Below, one piece after another: positions 57,784 to 64,000 of a stretch of DNA of 64,000 bases (position 1 is its first letter; each line of letters begins with the position of its first letter). The stretch spans positions 46,557 to 110,556 of the forward strand of contig DLKM01000025.1 in the NCBI GenBank assembly GCA_002478945.1, written 5' to 3'. Below the pieces are notes generated by a model, which saw only the letters and a list, made by a program, of their open reading frames with translations, was not told the DNA's origin and did no database searches. Source of the DNA: Christensenella sp. UBA7588 (GTDB lineage: Bacteria; Bacillota; Clostridia; Christensenellales; CAG-917). The translations under genes were made by a program, and so were the position numbers.

Positions 57784-60459
57784 CTATTGTTTCAGTCTTC
57801 CGACCACCTGATAGCGGTAAGAGACGTAATAAAGAGCAAAGGGTTTAAGATATTCGTCCGAGTATATGTAATACTGTTTTTCTACCCACTGTTTTTCCTT
57901 TTCTTTGATAGCGAAAAGACTTTGCTCGCTTGTGCTAAAGGTAAAGTCCGAAAAGTTCATATCTTCAAACGAGAATAAAGACGTATTTATTCTGGCTATT
58001 TGCTGATACGGCTTTTTATTCGTCCTGACCTTTATTTTTGCCGCAGAGTTGCGGAATGATTTTGTTTTTATGACGGTGGAGCGTTTTATCGTGTTTTTCG
58101 TCAAATGCGGAATACCGCAACAGTCCATTTTCGTAGCAGCTCCACAGTAAATCGTTCTCTCGTCGAAAGAGTAATATTGCGTCGGAATTTCGCCGTCCGT
58201 GCCTCTTTTATCGAAATTAAACGAGCAAACAACACCGTTTTCCGTGCCGAAAAAGATATTGTCTGCCATATTTTTAAGCGTTGTAGCTTGCTTGAATACT
58301 CCGCCCGTGTAGTTTCCTTTGCCGTCGCACAGATACGCCTCGTAATGAGTAATATCGCCAGAAATTATGTCTACAACGGGGTGCACTGTGTAATACACAC
58401 CGACGGTAAACGTTTCGTCATTGATAGCGATTTTTACTCCCTCGTCCACAACTTCCGTTTCGGCAACGCCTGCATAGTTCGGTTCGTTTACAACAGTCCC
58501 CCTGAGGTCTTTTGTTTCGTTTGTGTCGGCATAATATACTGCGTTCGCTAACTGCAGCGGAATCTCGATTATGTCTTTTTCGTCTTCCGAACAGGTGCAA
58601 TGCGTGGCACTTTTACTGCATTTGCGGCACCAGTGGACTTTTGCTCCGACGAGTTCGTCCGACATATACGAGGCGTAGCTGTATTCTGGATATTGATTTT
58701 TGTAAACGCCGATACCCTCGACGTAATACCACTCATATTGCGGCACGCCTATATCGTGTTGATATTTTTGTCGGCTGTCGCCCATAAACATTTTGCCGTC
58801 TACAAGCACGAGCAAATAGCCGTTCCATTCTTCCACTATAGCGTGGGAAAGGTTCATATTGACGAGCTTTGCGTCTATAAGGCTGGAACGATGTTCGTTT
58901 GCACGTTCATAACGCACAGAGAGCTGACCGACAGCCTCAACGCCGAGACGGGATATAAAAATCGGGTCGTCAAGGAAATTGACGCAGGCACCGAGACAAC
59001 CTATACCGCTTAAACCTTGCGAGGACGGATATATTTTAGGTTGTATGTTAGAATCGGTAAGCTGAGCCGTATGGAAATACGTCGAGCCGTCCTGCTGGGT
59101 ATCGTTTTTAAGCACCATTAGCGTATCCGCAACGGTTATCATACCCGTAATCGGAGCAATGCCGACGCCGTCCTGCATATAGTTCAAAACACCGAAATAC
59201 GTCGGGTCAATAAACCCAGTCGCATTATTCAGACCGCAATAAAAAATATGGTTCGGATAATTCGGGTTGCCCGACAAAAACACACGGTTGTCATATATAG
59301 TGGCAAGCGTGCATTTTGTTATAAGCTCAGACACGGTGCTTTCCTGCTTTGTAACGCCAGATACACTCGTAAATACCTTACTTGCGGTAATGACGATTCC
59401 AGCGTAAAACTCAGGGTAATAAACTGCAGCCGCCCCGTCTTTTGCTGCAACCTGCACGACCGTTTCGGGTTTTGCAGGAGCCGTCGTAAAAGTAATTTTA
59501 CCGTTGGCTAAATCTACAGTGTAGTCTGTTCCTGCTGTTTTTGTTTCATCGTAAACTTCCACGCTAACAACGGAATCGAGCTCGTTTTCGTTGAGATAAA
59601 ATTCGGTAGTTTTCCCGTCGGCTATAAACGTAGTCTTGAATTTTGGCTGCAGAATGTTTCTTTGTTCGTATTCTTTGCCGATGTCGGCGTTTTCTCCGCT
59701 GGGCACAACATTTATGTACGTTGTCGGGATATACGCCTCGGATAACACGTTTTTAACCGTGAACCCGTCGTAGACGAGATAATTTAGCCCGTCGATAATA
59801 TACAGTTTGTTATTAAAAATAAAGGACGCACTTCTGCGGTCGTTCATACCGCTGAATAAGGCGTCGCTTGATTCGATAACGCCCTCTTTGTAATCATACA
59901 AAAGTCTTTCTCCGACAGCTATCTCGCTGCTTGCATACGTCAGGATATGTGTCGTCGGGTCATACGAGGAAATTAGAGCCGTGAGGTCGGTTCCGTCTTG
60001 CCGCCTGAGCGACACTACAGCGAATACCTTGCTCGGGAGCGTTACTTTATATATTGGCGTGCCGTTTGAAGTTTCAGCCGCCTGAGGCGTTTCTACGGTC
60101 TCTGTTGCGATAACGTTTACCGAGTTCGGGTAGTTGCCCCACAAATATAATTTATTTCCTGAATGAATTAAGACTTTTGTTAAAGTCTCGTTCTGGGCGT
60201 TCTTATGTTTATAGTAGAATATGCCGTGCACGCTGCTTTCTTCGGGTAAAACAACACGACGTCTGAACCCTGCAATAGTTTCAAGGGCTTGCCCTTGTCC
60301 CGACTGGTAGTCTCTGAACATATTTACGGCAAACGCAAGGCGCTGCTCGTGTACCTGAGTGTGGTCGGACGAGAAATCAACGCCTCTGAAATCGCCATAA
60401 TACCTGTTATATGTATCCCTGTCCTGCAGGATATTTTTTGCAGTCTTAAAATTCGCCAT
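57784..60459 (-). CDS. Large phage structural protein (tail/nozzle- or baseplate-like)
   Basis: 891-aa ORF between the capsid-proximal gene and the tail fibre. Beta-rich composition. No motif recognised. Confidence 0.45.
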   Translation of the reverse strand: MANFKTAKNILQDRDTYNRYYGDFRGVDFSSDHTQVHEQRLAFAVNMFRDYQSGQGQALETIAGFRRRVVLPEESSVHGIFYYKHKNAQNETLTKVLIHSGNKLYLWGNYPNSVNVIATETVETPQAAETSNGTPIYKVTLPSKVFAVVSLRRQDGTDLTALISSYDPTTHILTYASSEIAVGERLLYDYKEGVIESSDALFSGMNDRRSASFIFNNKLYIIDGLNYLVYDGFTVKNVLSEAYIPTTYINVVPSGENADIGKEYEQRNILQPKFKTTFIADGKTTEFYLNENELDSVVSVEVYDETKTAGTDYTVDLANGKITFTTAPAKPETVVQVAAKDGAAAVYYPEFYAGIVITASKVFTSVSGVTKQESTVSELITKCTLATIYDNRVFLSGNPNYPNHIFYCGLNNATGFIDPTYFGVLNYMQDGVGIAPITGMITVADTLMVLKNDTQQDGSTYFHTAQLTDSNIQPKIYPSSQGLSGIGCLGACVNFLDDPIFISRLGVEAVGQLSVRYERANEHRSSLIDAKLVNMNLSHAIVEEWNGYLLVLVDGKMFMGDSRQKYQHDIGVPQYEWYYVEGIGVYKNQYPEYSYASYMSDELVGAKVHWCRKCSKSATHCTCSEDEKDIIEIPLQLANAVYYADTNETKDLRGTVVNEPNYAGVAETEVVDEGVKIAINDETFTVGVYYTVHPVVDIISGDITHYEAYLCDGKGNYTGGVFKQATTLKNMADNIFFGTENGVVCSFNFDKRGTDGEIPTQYYSFDERTIYCGAATKMDCCGIPHLTKNTIKRSTVIKTKSFRNSAAKIKVRTNKKPYQQIARINTSLFSFEDMNFSDFTFSTSEQSLFAIKEKEKQWVEKQYYIYSDEYLKPFALYYVSYRYQVVGRLKQ

Positions 60460-60463
60460 AGAG

Positions 60464-61384
60464 TTACCAACCGTTTGAATTTTTATACATCACAGGTTTG
60501 TTGTCGATATTTCTGCGTTCTATATCGACGGCACGTTCCCTGTAAAGGCTCAGGTAATACTCTGATTTAGACGGCTCGTCGTCAACCCAGACATAAGCAG
60601 CGATAAGGGTCGGCAGCAGGCTGCAGAGTTCTTCGTCGAGGTCGATAACAGTCTCGTCGTCGGATACAGAGCCAGTATTGACTAACATCTGAGGGAGTCT
60701 CTCGTAAAGCACTTTGAAAACGCCTCTTTTGTCATACGGCAAAAGGATAATCGAGTCGCCCTCCATTTGATAGTCTTGATTTAAGATTTTATGCTCGTCG
60801 TCTTCCTGAATCGGAGGGCAACAAAGAGCTAAGAAATCGCTCGCAAGGGAGCGGATATTGTAGCGAGTGTAAGGCTCATAGGCAGGAATATCGTCCTCTT
60901 CGGCACTGCGTAAATGCTCATACATAGCGACATTACGCACCGAATACAAGAACTCTCCCGAAAATCTGAGTCTTACCTGTCCGCTAACGTAGTTTGCCCC
61001 GTCCTTGATAAAGCCTTTATATGAAATAAAAGCACCCGTAGACGTAAGCGTTATTTGCTGAATAATAGACCAAGAGCCGCTGTTTGCGTCTTGTTTTTCG
61101 ATATAAGCGACGCCGTTACCGTCCGCCTCGAAATAATACGCCTTAGCGTCGGTTGCCTCGAAATCGAGGTCTTCCGCTCGTTCTATCGGAGTAAACGTAG
61201 ATTCCGTTACCAAATTCCTGAGCGGTTTATGATTAAGCACGTAGTGGCTTACTACAGGCTTGAGCTTACAAACCTGTAGTAAAGCCCTGTTTGCTGCGTA
61301 AAAGAATCTCTCGTCTTCCTCCAAAGAGTCCTCAAAGCCCAGCTGAGCTACTGACTTGTAAAGCTCAAAGACTTTCATAGACAC
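60464..61384 (-). CDS. Phage structural protein (possible head-tail adaptor / tail tubular A-like)
   Basis: 306-aa ORF immediately downstream of the capsid-like gene. Assignment is by position only. Confidence 0.35.
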   Translation of the reverse strand: MSMKVFELYKSVAQLGFEDSLEEDERFFYAANRALLQVCKLKPVVSHYVLNHKPLRNLVTESTFTPIERAEDLDFEATDAKAYYFEADGNGVAYIEKQDANSGSWSIIQQITLTSTGAFISYKGFIKDGANYVSGQVRLRFSGEFLYSVRNVAMYEHLRSAEEDDIPAYEPYTRYNIRSLASDFLALCCPPIQEDDEHKILNQDYQMEGDSIILLPYDKRGVFKVLYERLPQMLVNTGSVSDDETVIDLDEELCSLLPTLIAAYVWVDDEPSKSEYYLSLYRERAVDIERRNIDNKPVMYKNSNGW

Positions 61385-61404
61385 CTCCTGTAGACGTTAA
61401 GATT

Positions 61405-62451
61405 TTAGAGAGCAGTTGCTCCAGAAACCGTGTTCTCGCCCGTAACGTTGACAATAAGAGCAATGTGTTTCCACGTGTTGAAACCGATACCGAAACGGCA
61501 ATAACCGTTCCAGAAATAGTTTCTGGTGTGCTTGTCGATGTCGCTCGTGATGTCGAGGGGCACCCTGTTGTAGAACATATTGCCGAGCAGGTTTTCATTT
61601 GCCTCGGAAGACATAATCATAAACCTGTCGTCGGTGGTCTCCCAGCCGTCGAGGACGACAATAGTCCAGTTGCCGTATTGAGTGTTGATGTCGTTGTTAT
61701 TGCTGCCGACGGTTCTTTCGGAGCCGACCACTTTCTTTGCAAGAGCCTCGAGTTTCGGTCTGTTGCAAGGGATAATGAGCGTGTCCGCAACGTATTCCAT
61801 AACTTCGCCGTTTTCGTCTTTGAAGTTGCGGAGTTTGTTTGCGGCAACGCCGAGAGCCTCTTCGAGCTTATCTGCCGACGCCGAAACCGCACCATAAAAA
61901 TAGTTGCTCTGGGTTTTACCTTTCATTTTGTCGGTCGCATAAGGGTGGGCGTTGCTGAACAATGCTTTGCCGTCTGCAGTGGAAAGGTCTACCTTTGCCC
62001 CGTTAAACGTCATACTGGTTGCCGTGCCGTTGATAAGAGCCTGAGCGGCGATTTTGATACGGGTCTTGTAGTATGCACGAACAAACTTGCGAGGTTTGTT
62101 TTTAAAGTTGGTTCCCATACCGAATTTTGCGTCGTCTGCCATTTTTCTGGTAATGGTAAACTCTTTCGCAAATTCGATGTGGCTGATAGTTTTGTCGAAC
62201 GTCTTTTCGACGCTGTCGTTTTCGGCTCCCTGTCCCTCTTCCTTACTCTTGAAAGTATCGAAATCGGATTCGCCGATAACGGTTTCCGCATAGCGGTTAG
62301 ATTTTTCTACGTTATAAAGAAAATCGAGAATCGACTTTTTCTTTTCGCAGATATTGGACTCCTGTTCGATAAGTGCCTTAATCGGGTGTTCAAACTTACC
62401 GAACATAGGGTCGTTTTTGCCCGACATAGCACTGTAAATAAAGTTACTCAT
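61405..62451 (-). CDS. Putative major capsid protein
   Basis: 348 aa, located directly after the scaffold-like and small decoration-like genes. Size and position fit an HK97-fold capsid protein. No alignment was run. Confidence 0.5.
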   Translation of the reverse strand: MSNFIYSAMSGKNDPMFGKFEHPIKALIEQESNICEKKKSILDFLYNVEKSNRYAETVIGESDFDTFKSKEEGQGAENDSVEKTFDKTISHIEFAKEFTITRKMADDAKFGMGTNFKNKPRKFVRAYYKTRIKIAAQALINGTATSMTFNGAKVDLSTADGKALFSNAHPYATDKMKGKTQSNYFYGAVSASADKLEEALGVAANKLRNFKDENGEVMEYVADTLIIPCNRPKLEALAKKVVGSERTVGSNNNDINTQYGNWTIVVLDGWETTDDRFMIMSSEANENLLGNMFYNRVPLDITSDIDKHTRNYFWNGYCRFGIGFNTWKHIALIVNVTGENTVSGATAL

Positions 62452-62466
62452 AGATGTAAACCTCCG

Positions 62467-62865
62467 TTAGATTCTTACGACAACTTTGTCGCCTGCAGCG
62501 GTCGCACCGTTCAAAGAAACGATAGTGACAACGCCGCTCGTTTTCGTTGCAGTTACCTGCAAGCCGTCGGTATGAAGAGTAACCTTATCTCCCTCGACAA
62601 TTCCCGTGGGTGCCGCTTGGATAGGAACTTCATACACCTGATTCGATTCGACTCGGCAAACGGGACACTTTCTGTCGGTGTCGCTCGCTCCGACGTCTTT
62701 CATTGCGATAAATGCAGGTGCAGCGGTTGCACCGCATTTCGTGAGTTTTCCGCTCGCAAGAACGAGAGCCTCGCCGTAAGAGACCGCCTCTTCGGCAGTT
62801 ACTTCGTAAAATTCGGGTTCAGGCACGTTCATTCTTGCGTTTTCGATTTTTTTAAGATAGAACAT
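62467..62865 (-). CDS. Small head-associated protein (decoration-like)
   Basis: 132-aa beta-rich ORF between the scaffold and capsid genes. By position only. Confidence 0.3.
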   Translation of the reverse strand: MFYLKKIENARMNVPEPEFYEVTAEEAVSYGEALVLASGKLTKCGATAAPAFIAMKDVGASDTDRKCPVCRVESNQVYEVPIQAAPTGIVEGDKVTLHTDGLQVTATKTSGVVTIVSLNGATAAGDKVVVRI

Positions 62866-62881
62866 AACTTTTTACTCCTGT

Positions 62882-63763
62882 TTATTTAGATTGTTTATAG
62901 AGCTTTACCAACTCTTTGTCGGACAACGTCGGGAAAAGGTCTCTCCACGTTGCAAGCTCTTTTTTCGTCATTGTAATAGACGTGTCTTTACTGCCTTTCG
63001 GCACCGACGACTGCAAATGTTTTTTTGTCTCGTTCAAAGACTTCTGCTTAGCCGCATTGGCAGCGTTTTCCCTGAGTTTGTCGGGGTTTGCGGCGGCATA
63101 CGCTTGTTTCGGTGCGATACCCAAATCTCTGTAACGACCAAACTCGGCGAGATTTTCTATCTCGTAAATAGTTTTTGCGTTTGCGAGCTCTGGATAATAT
63201 TTTTTGAGTTCCGCAAGGTCGGCGGCGGCTTTCTTCTCAAACTCCGCTTTTTGGAGAATTTTTTTAGCCTCGTCGGCTTGTTCGGTCTCCTGTTTCTTTT
63301 TACGGTAGTCTTCGATAGAAATATCGTCCGCCTCCGCAGCGAGGGACTCAAGCCCCTCTAACACGTTCTCCGTGTCTTTTACACCGAGCTTAGAAAGGGT
63401 CTCCTTGCCTTGAGCTTTTAATTTTGTCAATTCCTGCTCAAGCTCTGCAATTTTCTTATCTTTCTCGTCGGTTGCAGGCTTAACTACTTCCGTCTCGGCG
63501 TCTTCTTCGTCGGAGCCCTCGTTCTCGTCGGAATTATCTTCGCCGTCGGTTTCGTCCTGCTCTTCCTCGTCGTCGGCAGCACCCTCTTTGTCTTCGGCGT
63601 CCTCGTCGATAACGTCGGGAATAATGATGTTGCCGTCTTCGTCATACTCAAACTCGTCGTCTCTTTCGTCGTCGAGATTGTCTTCGTCTACGATTTCCTC
63701 GTCGTCGGAATCGGTTTTATCGACTTCGTCTACTTCGAGCTGATTGTCTTTTTCGTCTTCCAT
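62882..63763 (-). CDS. Putative capsid scaffolding protein
   Basis: 293 aa, extremely acidic N-terminal half (D/E runs), coiled-coil centre (KIAELEQELTKLKAQ), basic C-terminus. Upstream of the capsid gene. Confidence 0.5.
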   Translation of the reverse strand: MEDEKDNQLEVDEVDKTDSDDEEIVDEDNLDDERDDEFEYDEDGNIIIPDVIDEDAEDKEGAADDEEEQDETDGEDNSDENEGSDEEDAETEVVKPATDEKDKKIAELEQELTKLKAQGKETLSKLGVKDTENVLEGLESLAAEADDISIEDYRKKKQETEQADEAKKILQKAEFEKKAAADLAELKKYYPELANAKTIYEIENLAEFGRYRDLGIAPKQAYAAANPDKLRENAANAAKQKSLNETKKHLQSSVPKGSKDTSITMTKKELATWRDLFPTLSDKELVKLYKQSK

Positions 63764-63806
63764 AATCGTTATATCCTCCTGATTGATTTTTGGCAGCGGC
63801 TACGGC

Positions 63807-63938
63807 TTATTTCTTCTTGCCGTCTCTGAGGTCGCTACCTTTGACAACTGTAGATTTCGGTTGGTCGGTCTGAGGCTTAGGTGCCTTGATAATGCCGCCC
63901 TTGTTGGTTGCAAATCTGTTGCTCGTGCAAGGTTTCAT
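63807..63938 (-). CDS. Small basic hypothetical prophage protein
   Basis: 43 aa from the internal ATG preceded by AAGGAGG. Lys/Pro-rich. Confidence 0.3.
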   Translation of the reverse strand: MKPCTSNRFATNKGGIIKAPKPQTDQPKSTVVKGSDLRDGKKK

Positions 63939-64000
63939 ACGCTCTGTACCTCCTTGTTGAAAATTTTTGAGAAAAAGAGCCCAAACCACTTGGTGGTAAG

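Larger units (their letters stand above)
48547..64000 (-). mobile_element. Prophage (partial; continues beyond the window end) next to tRNA-Ser, carrying a diversity-generating retroelement
   Basis: Uninterrupted minus-strand block: scaffold-like, capsid-like, 306/891/913-aa structural proteins, DGR cassette, then small membrane proteins ending ~120 nt from a tRNA 3' end. No integrase, terminase or portal gene in the window. Confidence 0.75.

Overview
This is a chromosomal segment from a low-to-moderate GC Firmicute, most likely class Clostridia (type-A-like RNase P RNA, Bacillus/Clostridium-type synteny). Almost every gene is on the minus strand and tightly packed, often with ATGA start/stop overlaps. 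Positions 1-48.4 kb hold core housekeeping genes: mutS (partial), miaB, a class A PBP, thiI, a cysteine desulfurase, mutS2, pheST, rnpB, recN, argR, nadK, tlyA, recG, yloV/Asp23, rpmB, rpe, rsgA, rlmN, rsmB, fmt, def, priA, coaBC, rpoZ, gmk, yicC, ligA and pcrA. These are followed by a small accessory block and tRNA-Ser(GGA). Two loci stand out. (1) A ~590-nt ORF-free, GC-enriched region (22291-22884, minus) has its own near-consensus sigma-A promoter and a terminal closing helix. It sits directly upstream of a 4-TM membrane protein and of tlyA-nadK-argR-recN. This is the characteristic context of OLE RNA and its partner OapA. (2) From ~48.5 kb to the window end lies a partial prophage next to tRNA-Ser, carrying scaffold, capsid and large tail/fibre genes but no tail tube or tape measure genes. 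It contains a complete diversity-generating retroelement: avd, a 103-nt TR, a reverse transcriptase with the IGxxxSQ and YMDD motifs, and a target gene. The target's VR differs from the TR at 18 positions, and every one is a TR adenine. Smaller observations are a spoVM-like 28-codon ORF absent from the ORF track, an Smr-less MutS2, an apparently leaderless small ORF, and a 631-aa protein with acidic then basic disordered regions fused to two DUF1508 domains. No CRISPR array, rRNA or transposase was seen. All family assignments come from motif and synteny recognition by eye; no searches were run.
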